64,000 nucleotides of DNA from NCBI GenBank assembly GCA_010015805.1, contig ML978122.1:1274453-1338452 (forward strand). The letters run 5' to 3'. Made by a program: the position numbers and the translations under genes. The notes below the pieces were generated by a model. The model ran no database searches. It saw only the letters and a list, made by a program, of their open reading frames with translations, and had not been told where the DNA came from. Below are positions 12,228 to 24,042 of the stretch, piece after piece; the first letter of the stretch is position 1; every line of letters starts with the position of its first letter. This stretch comes from Rhizodiscina lignyota (lineage: Eukaryota).

Positions 12228-12688
12228 GATGCGACAAGAGGTTAATTGATGTTTTGATGATAGTCAACAGTTGCAATAGGAATTTGGAAGCGATTTCACC
12301 GTTTGACATCTGACTGCCAAGGATATGAATTGGTGAATCCGAGGCTCCCATCTTTGCCACTTTTCGGCCGTTACATACCATCATCATCTAAATACTCAAA
12401 CTGAAGCTAGTTCAGTGTTCAGGTTCACTTTTCTGAGGCACGGAATTTATTTGCAGGATGATTAAATCCCAGGTCATCCCAGCTATTCTCGATCTTTGGT
12501 CTATGTGCATATGTATCTCACATTTTTAGGATTACTTATCAGAAACCACTCAGCGCGGTTGCGGTTGCCGAACAAGTGGCTCTATATACGATTTCTCGTA
12601 GTAGTAGGAGAAATCTCTCGTGATTCTTTGAATCAGTCCCTCGAAAGTGCTCAACCCTCAACGAGCATCAATATCGGCCATACCTTTG

Positions 12689-14669
12689 TTAATCCTCAGA
12701 GGCTACAGGCTCTTGAACCATGAGTGCCAACAAGGAATGAGCGACCTCTGCCGCTGCTAGGCTGGTTGTTTCTGCTGCCGTATCGTAGACTGGAGCCACT
12801 TCGACTGTCATATTGATTAGCAAGTTCAGTCGCTTTCTCCCATCTTAGTTCAAACATACCAATGTCAGCTCCAATGAGTTCAATACCGGATAGCCCATCT
12901 AAAATAGTAAAGAGCTCTCTCGTCGTCCAGCCTCCAACCTCCGGAGTCCCAGTTGCTGCAACGTGTTCCGGTAAGTCAACAACGTCAAGCAAAATCAATA
13001 TGGAGACAGTACCTGGCGCAAATGCTGGATCAAGTACATCAATATCCACGCTGATGTACACTTTTGAGCCTGCAATCCTCTCCTTCAGCCTCCTGATAAT
13101 GCCGTCGGTGCCAAGTCGATCAATCTCTCGGGCTTTGATCATATCAAATCCGCATCGGATATCGTTGCGGACATCGCCTTTCGGGCGCGACATGGGTCCA
13201 CGGATTCCAGCATGAATCGAAGTATTTCGAATCAGGCCTTCTTCATGCGCGATGTGCAGAAAAGTTCCGTGGTTGACTCCACTGCTCAAGTTAAGCGAAC
13301 TCGTCAGCACTGCACTGGACCGAGGACGTACGCATATTCGGATAGTCCTCCGCCTGATCCTCATTAGCTGCCGCTATTATTTGGGTAGAAGATACGACTT
13401 GCCTAACTGGCTTGGGTCCCAGGTATCTGCGCAAGGTAAGCCAAATGCGGAGCTGTGAACCCGATCACCTTACCGATATGCGAATCAAAATGGATAACGC
13501 TCACAGCTCCCCAATGGTGAAATGTGGACCGCAGCGCAGAAAGCGTCGTAGTGTGGTCGCCACCAAGCATTATAATCCGGGGCGTCGTGTACTCTGACGA
13601 ATTTGCTGGTCGCCCAGAAACGATCTTGACTGATGAGCCTGCAGTGTCCCCGAACCCTCAAAAGAGCATTTGTCAACACACCTTATGAGCCCGATCTAAT
13701 TGCTTAAGAGCAACAGTATTGTCCTAATCCTCGTGGTTAGCCCTGTCAATCGGCTTGACGCACCATATTCGGACGCACCAAGAACGTTAATGGCGCGTCC
13801 CCGCAGTCTACGATCTTTGCCCAGCTCTTGAATACATTCTCTCCTATATCACATTGTTAGTTTCGTTCCGCAGCCTTAGCTATCGCTCCAAACAGAGGGA
13901 GACATCTCAATTGATGGGGAACACAGAAACGGGACCGTGAGATTGCTCTTCTGCTGTGACCCGGAACGTGCTTGAAGTGCGTGCGCATCGGGGATTTTCC
14001 ACAGCATTGCAGGTCTCCGGCCGCCGGCAATTCCAGTGTAACGAATTTCATGCTAGAAGCCGCGTGTCTTGCATTGATGTGGAACACGTGGAGCAAGAGA
14101 TTGAGCTAAGACATACCAGTGTAAGCGCTCCACGCGAAATCTGGTTCAATTCTCCTCGAGGCTCCACGAATGCCAGTGGGGCCGAAACGTGCTCCTGGTC
14201 TAGCTGTTGTGCCCTGTTGCGTGGAACAAAGTGAGGATTGTAACCATCAGAGGCAGGGGAGGCCAGTTATTCGAGATACACAGCAGAGAGCAATTGGAGG
14301 TCATAATGAATAGAGCGACGAGAATGGGCCAAGCCAAGACAACTATGAGCCTCGCAGGCGTGAAATGTAAAAACGTACAGTGTCAAAAGGAGCCCCGAGA
14401 ATTGCAATGTCAAATTTTTCCTTATCAGACAGCACTCCTTGTTCAAGGCCCTTCAAGCAGTCTACATACTGCAGATTTGCGAATGAGACCAGCCCAGAGA
14501 ACGTTCCTGGAATAACGACGTCATCTGAAGAGTCAGAAAAGCTGTCAAGTTGCTGCTGAGCTCCATGCCGCGGTACATAACCTGCAACAGGAGGAAAGAC
14601 GATATCCCGAGCTTGAATGGACACGGAATAAAGCGCAATGAGCGCAATGGAGAGACGAAACATGGACAA
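12689..14669 (-). CDS. Secreted/vacuolar ureohydrolase (agmatinase/guanidinobutyrase family), multi-exon
   Basis: Signal-peptide-like start; [62 protein letters not shown]. Confidence 0.92.
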
Positions 14670-14993
14670 TATCGACCTCTCAACGACTGGTTTGGTAATG
14701 AACGCGTATCAGTGATATTTTCGCTGATGTATTTTGGTGATAGGCGTAGAGGTTCCACGATGTGAAGTACCCCTCGGTTTGCCAAGTGCGGGATGTTAAG
14801 TAATAATAAGATAGCCGACGACTCCTTAGGGCTGCCATCTCCTGAAGATAAGACTCAGGATAAACAACTATGAGGATGTGAAATCATCGCAGGCATTCGA
14901 TTGCCCAAAATCAAATTACATCATCAATGCCTGGAGGCCGGCAATTCTACGCTACGCAAGCCCAAGGTATAGCAACTGTCTTAGCACGGGACC

Positions 14994-16515
14994 TCAAGAC
15001 TTCCCCTTCAATAGTTCTTCCGCCTCCTTGTTGATACTTCCGCTCCTCTCTGCTGGACTGAGTGTATTTCCCTCAGTACTGGTTCCAGACTCGCCTTTCT
15101 CAGCTGCCGCTTTCTTCAGGCGTTCGGTATCTTCCGCTTTGAGATCTTTTGTTTTGGCCTCCTCCTCATCGCTGTCGCCCAGACTGAAAGGATCGTTATC
15201 CTCGCTCTCTGGATTCGGCGCCAGCGACGTAAGAGGTTGCCACTTCTTGCCAGGCTTGCCATTACCAGGAGAAGGCTGTCTGTTCGTAGGGGTGGGAGCT
15301 CGATAGAGAGCGTCAACCTCGTCTACTGGGCCGGTGTGCGGAGCGACTGGAGTAGGTTTGAAAAGGTCGGGATTCGCTAGTGGCCTGTTTCGTGGTGGTT
15401 GCGGCGGCGGAGCTGAGTGAAGTTAGTTCTGCAATATCTTCGTGCCTTTGTAGCTCTACTGACCCTCTTCATCCCGCAATTCGAGTTGAGTAAAATCATC
15501 GCTCAGAACACGTGGATCGGCATCATATCGTTCTCGATCTCCGCTCCTTCGCCCTTCTTGGCTCTTGCGGATACCATACATCTGCGCAGACTGTGAAGGT
15601 CCATAGTCTTGACGCTGATAAGAATCACTAGACTGTCCCGGATGGCCATCTTCCTCATCGCCATCGATACGCTTCCTGAAATCAGTTATCCACTTGTTGA
15701 CTGTCTTCTGAGTCTGAAGGAAGCCCTGTCGCACGTTTTCTCGAATGACAGGCAAGTCATCTGCAGCGTCTTAGCCAAGTAGTCGTTGTATTCATTACGT
15801 TCGTACAAACCATCAAAGAAACTGTGCTCCTTGTCATCGTATAGCTCGTTTGGTTTAAGGTTCGAATCCTTTCTGGCTTGCGGCAAAGGAGGATCACCGC
15901 GAGAGCGGGAGCCATACGCCCCGAAACCTTCCGCACTTTGGTAATGCGCGGCAAGCTGACGAGCGTACTGTTCGTCCGACTCCAATTGATGCTGTGCTTG
16001 TGTAGGTCGTGGAGGCTGTGGGGGAGGAGGAGGATCGTGTTCGTAGCTGGGATCGGACATGCCTGTCATACATGAGCAATTGTGCAAATATTGATACGAC
16101 TGTCACGCACTGAGAAGAGCATTGAAGGCAGGCTCGACCTTCCCACCGCTAGCCACGAGCACGGCTTTAACCACTTTCGCATCGAGAGAAGGGAAGGCTT
16201 CGATTAAAGTTGCTTCGGCCTGTGCCTGTGGACTCATCGGTCGCGGTGGTTTCGGGGGAGGTGCTTGTTCTTCCTCTTCCTGAAAGCTGACTTTCTTCGG
16301 TGCAGATGCCGCTGCTGGAGCCTCGCTGAAAGTTGTTGAAGGCTCCTGGGTTTCATCGTCAAAGTCAGGCTCTCGGGCAGTCGTTGGAGACTCTGCGCCG
16401 CTCGTTGAGCTTCCCTTTATATCCTTCAAGCCGATCAGCAACCCTAAAGAATATTGGGTGAGCAAAACGGGGTGGACGTGGAACATACCAATTTCTCTGT
16501 TGCCTTCTCCGCCAT
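14994..16515 (-). CDS. CUE5: CUE-domain ubiquitin-binding protein, Cue5-like
   Basis: CUE LIEAFPSLDAKVVKAVLVASGGKVEPAFNALL, QLESDEQYARQLA, DDLPVIRENVRQGF, C-terminal DPFSLGDSDEE. Confidence 0.85.
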
Positions 16516-17396
16516 CTTGAGTACCTGTTTCAGCTGATTGCACTATGCACAAGACCGAGTGTGTGGCTTCGTAGATAGATGCAAGATGTCCCCTGCTGAG
16601 GAGATTATATTCCAAGCTGCAGCCTAAAGTGAAACGGCGTTGGGTATTGCGTGGCTCGGAGAGGCGAGGACGATTGATGGTCGTATGCGGCGGAGGGATT
16701 GCTCTGCAGCATGCATGCAAACTGGATCCATGCCTTAATGACGCAGCTTCACCGATATAGGCTTAGATCCTAACATGTGTTTAAGTTACGGTTTACGTAA
16801 CGCGCTAGAACAGGGGCTTGAATTACAATGTCGGCCCTATCAATATGTATCACAACGATCGAATGCTTCAGGTTCGTATAGGTGTTGAACTGAGGGCCTC
16901 CTTTAAGATGCATAGAAATGTAGGGGAGGTTTACAAAAACGTATATTCCCAAAAAGCCGATTCTGCGAGTGCGAGGTGCGGCACCGGAGCACAGACGCTC
17001 GAATTTGCCGAATTGAGCCAGCGTGAGAAGTAGGCTGGAAATATACGCCATCCTCCAAATTTTTGAACAAGTCTATGTAGTATTGTTGGTTTGACAAAAT
17101 TCTTCGAATTAAGTGAGAACATGGAGCAGTACCTGCATTTTCATACGAGCATTAGAATAGATGTGGTGCTGTGCCCATTAGGCGGTCTTTGTAAGCAGTA
17201 TTGGACATTATAAAGGGTAGCTCCAGTATAAACATGAAAACTGCCTCATCGTGAACCAACACCACCATCAATTGCAAGCTTAACACATCCACAACAATGT
17301 CTTCCGCGCACAGCACGGAGGGAACTTGCCCCGCATCCGAGAGAGGTAAACGCAAATTTTTACGCTGCCGCCGAACACCTAGCTCTTTTGTTTTCT

Positions 17397-17420
17397 CTTC
17401 AACCTTCAACCTTCAACCTT
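17397..17420 (+). repeat. Short tandem repeat (CTTCAAC)x3
   Basis: Read directly from the sequence. Confidence 0.7.
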
Positions 17421-17461
17421 TCCACTCTCAACATCAACCACTCTGGTGAACCACACACATT

Positions 17462-19700
17462 ATGGATCACTATCTCTGGCCGCTTCACAAAGACCCTGGC
17501 GATTTGCCAATCAGTGCCAACCGCAGAGACCTCGTATGGCTTGTCCAATCATGCCAGGTGGTGTTTGTTGTGGGCGAGCCTGGTATTGGCAAGGGTACTC
17601 AAATCCCTCAATATCTCTTCGAAGCCGGATTCTGCGGTAACGGCAAGACGATTGGAGTCACTTGCCCGAGCAGGATGAGGGCCGAGGGTCTTGCAACAAG
17701 ACTCAACATGCAGATGAACCCGAGTTTCAAAGGAGAGATGAAAAGTCAACAGGTATGTTGGAGATATCAAACACTTCACTTCATGCACAATGCAGTTTAA
17801 TAACACTAGTAAACTCAGGCTCATTTCGAAAGCCGCTGGCTTCGCCGCCCCAAGCAGACGATGCCCACCAACATCAACTACGTGGTAGACTCGGTTCTAG
17901 TTCGCTATATCCTCAAGTTTCCAAATCTGGACGACTACTCTGTCATCATGGTAGATGATGCTCACGAACGTAACCTGAACACTGAAATTCTGCTCGCCTT
18001 GCTCAAGAAGATCGTCAAGCAAAGATCAGATCTGAAAGTCATTGTCAACTGTGGACAAGAGCAAGTCAGGGAGTTCTTCAAGTTCTTCACTGGCGCAGAA
18101 CTTAGTGAAGCAACGAACGGCCCCGCTTCAAGCCTCCCCATGAAAGCAGGCATCATTCCAATCCTCGGCAACATGCAGTCTTGCCCCGTCTTCTATCTCT
18201 CTGAACCAACCGCAGACTATATCACTGCTGCTGTCGACACAGTCTTCTGGATTCTCGACGAGGAAAAGGCGGCACAACAGATGACTGAGATGATTCACAA
18301 CAACAAGAAGTCGGGCGACATCCTTATCTTCTTACCCAACACCGATTCTGCCCTCCAGGCCTTCGAGATCTTCTTCAATCGTTATCTCGCTCTTGGCGAA
18401 CAAGTTCCTAAACTCCATGGCCGGCTCTTACACCGAGGAATCAGTCTGGAGAAGCAACAGGAGGCCGTCCAACCAGCTCCGCAGGACGCACGAAAAGTTA
18501 TCTTCTCAGCTGAAATCGCGGAACGCGTCTCGATCCCTGGTGTTGTTTACGTGATCGACACCTTGTTCTGTCAAAAGCGCTTCTACAGTGTCTCAACGGG
18601 AATGAATACTCTGTGCAAGAGACCTATCACCAAAGCACATGCAGAAATGCGAGCTCGCAGCGCGAAAATTTGCCCTCCTGGAGAGAACGCCAAAGTGTAC
18701 CGTCTCTGCACTGAAGACACCTACGCCAAGCTCGAAAATGCACCAATCCCAGAGACTAGCCTACAGAATCTCGCACCGATACTCCTGAAGCTGATGGCTC
18801 TCACTGTCAGCAACGTGCTCAAGTTCGACTACTTGACACCGCCACCCCCTCTTAGGATCGGAAAAGCCCTGGAATATCTATGGGCACTAGGATTGGTCGA
18901 CATCGAGACCGGGCAGCCCACAAGCCTTGAGAAAGTTCGTCGCGTGGCCGAACTCGACATGGATCCAATGATGGCGAAGGCGCTCCTGGACGCATCCAGC
19001 TTCGGTTGCCTCAGCCTCATGATCACAATCGCCGCCATGAATGCCGCCATTACGGACTCGGGTGACCTCTTGTGGGTAAAGAGAGTCGTAACTCACCGTG
19101 GCATGGATGAGGCGACAATGAATGCGAAAGCCCGGTTCGACAGCGGAGAAGGTGACCCGATCGTCTGGGTCAACGTCTTCTATGCCTATTCTGGCTTCGC
19201 TGGACAGACCGAGAAGGAGCGCAGGGACTGGTGCCGAAGGAACTGCCTGAACTACGACGTTGTGGCTAGCGCCGTTGACATACGCGCTCAGCTCGCCCAA
19301 CATATGCAGGCGTTCGGATTCCCGCGCACAGAGACGCTGCTGATGCCGCTCAACCTCCACGAGCAGGGTGGAAACCACGAGGAGAGCAAGAAGGTGCGCC
19401 GCTGCCTAGCGGCGGCATACTTCATGAACGCCGGCAAGGTCGGCAAGGCCGGTGAAGAAGGCTGGTGCACCACACCAGCCGGTGCCAGAGTATTCTGGCA
19501 CGAAAAGTGTGTGGTCTTCGTGAGTTCCACCCCTAGTCCCCCGAGAATTTGGCATAATAACCTTATCACAGAAGCAGCCCGGCAGCTGGGTTGTGTTTGC
19601 GGACGTGACGAGGTACGCTGGCCGGGCGAGGGCCAGCGTAGTGACGCCGGTCGAGAGGCCGTGGTTTGGGGAGTTCGCCTCCCATTACTATCAGGAGTAG
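17462..19700 (+). CDS. Divergent DEAH/RHA-family RNA helicase-like protein (DHX35/Prp43-like) with degenerate motifs; introns 17753-17818 and 19520-19571; start uncertain
   Basis: GEPGIGKGTQIPQYL, YSVIMVDDAHER, GDILIFLP, KVYRLCTE, HA2-like ALEYLWALG..ELDMDPMMAKALL, C-terminal EFASHYYQE*. Confidence 0.85.
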
Positions 19701-20792
19701 GGAGGGCGTGTGGCGGTGGCGGACGGGCTCGAGGAGCAACAGTAGATAGACGAAATGGACTTTCCTGAATGAACATATCAATATCCACAAGTCTGTGCAA
19801 GTGATTCGATCAAACTCCAAGCGTGTTTAAACCAACTCTCCACTGTCACGTGCTTTCGCGCCCTCACGCGCGTCTAACTTAGCAATTCGCGCTCGAAAGC
19901 ACGCGTACTCGCGTATAAAGTTGCATTTGCTTGTAAATAACGCGCTTTCCCTAAGTCTGTACACGTGATATAAGGGAAGTGACGATGGAGTCACTCGCGC
20001 GAGGAGGAGGCGGGCATTCTTCACAACTGCTCCAAAGTCGTCAGTCAGATGGGAGTTACGTCATGACATCGTTTCACTCTGATCATAACACATCGAAAGT
20101 GCCTGCACATTCACAGTCAATTGTGCACTGTACCGAGATCGGGGCGAGGCTGCAGAGGCCACGGGCATGCTGTGCAGGTATAAGTAGCACAAACCTTCGG
20201 ATGAACACCTTCCCTCCTTCATCTCACCGCAGCACTACGCGGTGCGCCCTTCCAGGCGCTACCAAATGAAATTGCACAGGAAATACTGCTAGTGGCGCTA
20301 GAGGCCGACACGCCACGCGACGACATTTCGAGCGAGGACATGAGTTCAGGCAGCTGACTGGTGGCGGCATGGCCGAAGCAGCTGCACTGCGCATCCATCG
20401 CAAGTATCGCGAATCGCTAGCTATGACGGGGCGAAAGGCGCGTTCTACAGAGAATTATCAGCTCTACGATATAAATTAGTAGGACAGAGAGGGTATAAGT
20501 ATGTAGATTTTCCCGAAGTCCGCACAAGCAACAGAAGGAGACTCCGGTTATATTTAAACACTACCTTCGTTCTTAGCTGAGCCATAACCTTCAACCTTGC
20601 AACGATTCGGGAATTCAAGCTCAAAGGCCTCGATACTCCGCTCTTCTTAAGCACTTGCCAGTAAATACAGGGATTTTCCAACGCCGCGCAGGCAACTGAA
20701 GGAGATCCCGCGTGTAATTGGACGCAACCCCAACTATCTAGTCAGCCAGCGCTTCTAACTTAGGCACTCAAGACTTGAACAGCAATGGAGAA

Positions 20793-21818
20793 TCATAGTT
20801 TTGCTTTATCAGAGCTCTGTAACAGCTCCTTCAGATAATCATCCCACACCTCTGCAATAGTATGTGTCCCATGCCCTCTCGTCGCTTCGCTAATTGGCAT
20901 CAGAATGGCCTTTCCACGCGCAATCTTCATCGTCTCGCGCTCGAATATCCCAAGCTCCGGAGGATTCACTTGGTCGTCCGCAAAGTTAACAGCAAGCAAA
21001 GGCGCTTTGATATTCTGTACCGGAGGATCGTAATCATGCGAGGCATCGAATGCGAAGCACAGATTATTCGCGTCTTTCTCTTTCATCCCCTCGGCAATCT
21101 TTGCGTCGAGCCATGCATCCGCAGTCTCTCGATCGGGGCATTCGACCTGCATTTGGAGCGGACATGAAGACATGAAGACCAAAACGTACAGAGCCGTGAT
21201 GAGGCCACGAGGTTGCTTGTCCGCTGGATAATCCCCACCCTGCCATTCTGGATCACTTTTGATGGCATCCATGGCCATTTTGCGGGTCATGCGATTGCGG
21301 CCGGATATCTTAGCAGGAAGTGAAGCCAGCGGCATAACGGCGTCCATGAAATCTGGGTACGTGCTGCCCCAAAGCCAGCTGTGCATTCCTCCCATTGACG
21401 TGCCCATAACCAAGCGGAGATGATCGACACCCAAATGTTTCGTCAATAGCTCGTAGTCGCCTCGAACCATATCGCGGTAGCCGTAGCGGGGGAACTTCGC
21501 CCGCAGTCCATCACTTGGTTTGCTCGACCCACCATGGCCGATGCCATCACGGATGATGAGGAAATAAGTATTCGCGTCGAGTAGTTGTCCAGGATTGAAG
21601 AGCTTCCCGGCGAAGTGGTCGACCAGAAATTGCGCTCCTGACCCACTCGTACCGTGCATGATTAAGACTGCGTTCAGCGCATGGCCATTTTGATCCGTCT
21701 TCAGTTTTCCGAGTGTCCGGTAGTGTAGCTTAAGCTCTGGGAGAGTGCTGCCGTTGTTGAAGCGGAAATCCTTGACAATGTAATCGCCCTCTGTGACTGC
21801 TGGCCAGTTCTGTGACAT
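20793..21818 (-). CDS. Alpha/beta hydrolase of homoserine O-acetyltransferase (MetX)-like bacterial type; C-terminal PTS1 (-AKL)
   Basis: EGDYIVKDFRF..LHYRTLG, HGTSGSG, IGHGGSSKPSDGL, nucleophile GTSMGG, GHGTH; intronless. Confidence 0.88.
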   Translation of the reverse strand: MSQNWPAVTEGDYIVKDFRFNNGSTLPELKLHYRTLGKLKTDQNGHALNAVLIMHGTSGSGAQFLVDHFAGKLFNPGQLLDANTYFLIIRDGIGHGGSSKPSDGLRAKFPRYGYRDMVRGDYELLTKHLGVDHLRLVMGTSMGGMHSWLWGSTYPDFMDAVMPLASLPAKISGRNRMTRKMAMDAIKSDPEWQGGDYPADKQPRGLITALYVLVFMSSCPLQMQVECPDRETADAWLDAKIAEGMKEKDANNLCFAFDASHDYDPPVQNIKAPLLAVNFADDQVNPPELGIFERETMKIARGKAILMPISEATRGHGTHTIAEVWDDYLKELLQSSDKAKL

Positions 21819-22506
21819 TATAACTGATATGTGGGGACAGCTCTACAATTGGAATAATCGTCGAAGTTTTGCCAGAAAAGCTTAGCCAAGGATCTCTGAA
21901 TAAGTGTAAGGGTTGATTTTGAATATGATCTGGAGGAGAATTACGACGTACGCCGTACACCATTTGATTGAGTTAAGTAACGAGAATCCCATAAACCATA
22001 TCTGCCAATCGCGACCTGATCCGCAACCGCAGTTTAGGCTGTTCGGCACCTACGCCATCTTTGCACCAATTAGGACTACTGTATCTCGCATTATGGTTGA
22101 CTCTGTTGTGAGATCTCGGATGAATCACCGCACGGAGGAAGCGAAGAGGCGGGATGGCACCGCGTTCCGTCTATTTATTTGGCCTTAACGAACCTCCTCT
22201 TCGCTCAGGAGATTCAGAATCCGCGGAGATAGACTTCTTGAGCCCTACCCCTTTCAAAGGAAAAGGAAGTCGTGCCCAATTGAGAAGAAAAAGGAGCATG
22301 AGCTTAATCAGGTCATTTTATGGCAATCAAATCAAATGCATGTTATCTAGGTACTTCATGCTCCGTAAGGATAGAAGAGACGTCCGAAATGCCGTGCACG
22401 GGCCTTCCCTTGCCTCCCGCGACGTCTTATCCACCCGTTTTCGTTCTCAACGTTACTCTTTATATCTACATGTCAGATTCAATCGCTTATCGCGTCTACG
22501 TGGGCA

Positions 22507-23444
22507 ATGTCTGATTTCCTTCGTAAGTTTGGTGTCACCAAATCGGCTGTGCAAGACAGACTATCGTCCGCACACAACGAGTCTCACTCACAACCGCCTC
22601 CTTCATATCAACGTCCTCCACCGTTGTTACCCTATTGGACAGCCGATTTCAACGCGGCCAGTTCAGTCTCTCGTGAATGGCGACACGAGTTAGGAGACAA
22701 CGGCTGGGGAAACAATGAACTTCAGAACTATACCGATACGACGCGTAATTCTTTCTTTAGTGCGGACGAGCAAGGCCGCCAATGCCTTGTATTACGAGCT
22801 ATTGCCGATGACACGCACCTGACGAGCGCACGATTAACAAGCAGAATGACCCTTGGACGGGATCGAGGATACCTCTCTGCAAGAATTACGGCGCCCTCTG
22901 CTAGTATGCCCAATTTCTCCATCTCTACATGCTTAGTCTGTCCTGATTTGGCTGGATAGGAGGCATATGGCCTGCATTTTGGCTTCTCCCTGAGGAGCCT
23001 TTCAGTTGGCCCACGGACGGAGAAGTCGACATCATGGAGTCGTGGAATGGAGAGCGAACAAACCACTCTTGCCTTCATTGGGGTCATTACAACGGCCCTG
23101 ATCATGACAAGCACCGTGTTGTCCAAACGCCAGTATCTTCGCTCGATCAATCAATTGGTATCCAGTATGGATTTGCTTGGGACCAGTCATCTGGAAAGCT
23201 GCTTTGGTACATCCATGGACGTCCGGTTATGCGCGCTAAAATTCCTGCGGGTACAAGGAAGATGGCCGATTTCCAGATCAAGCTCAATATCGCTATGGGA
23301 GGCAATGTCGTACAGGGACAGAGGCCTCAAAATGGTACTTATGACATGGTTGTGCACGAGGTAGGCATGTTTGAGGGACCGCCAGGTGGATGGTCTACCT
23401 TCGAAAATCACTGGCATAGTACACCAGAAGGCCATACAATCTGA
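22507..23444 (+). CDS. Glycoside hydrolase family 16 (laminarinase-like); one intron ~22904-22959
   Basis: GWGNNELQNY, TSARL, GIWPAFWLLP, WPTDGEVDIME catalytic motif, LNIAMGG. Confidence 0.92.
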
Positions 23445-24042
23445 ATTGCAGAAATTCAGCTCCTATACGGCTCTAGCTCGTGGCCTTTGAGGGATTCAGC
23501 AGGACTCCTTCTGATGTACTTGGAGTAGGAAGAGTAGCTACGGAGAAGGCCGATCACACATTTTTGCACAGTAAAAGCTCGGACAGTATAAATGAGCTTC
23601 CAACTCGGGTAGCAGGCTGCACAGAGCCGAATGGCTCGTCCTTTCGACTAGAAGTTACTACGTACATATCGGCAGCCGGCATCCTAATCGACCATTTTCC
23701 ATCAGCATCTTGGCCTGCTTTGATATGCATTGATGGTCATCATCATCCTTGTCTCTCGGAAGCATGTATCCTAAGCATTTCTCTTACTCTTTGAGGGACT
23801 GTAAACTTTAAGTCTCACCACTTACAAATGAGAACCCCGCGGAAGTAGGTTATTTAAAATATCAAACCGGCTGCCAACATGAGCTTGATGGACGGTTTTC
23901 CACTGCCGGCTGCGAGCTACCCGGATTTTTTCGGTTCTTGACTACATGGAATAGTCGATTATATTCCGGTTCTCGGGAATTGTCTCCCTCTTTCTGCTAT
24001 TTTCATTTTCAGGTTTCCCTTTGAAAAAGCACGTGGATCGCA

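Noticed and set aside
15855..15872. GGTTCGAATCC tRNA T-loop-like motif
   Set aside because: Lies inside CUE5 coding sequence; no cloverleaf or A-box around it
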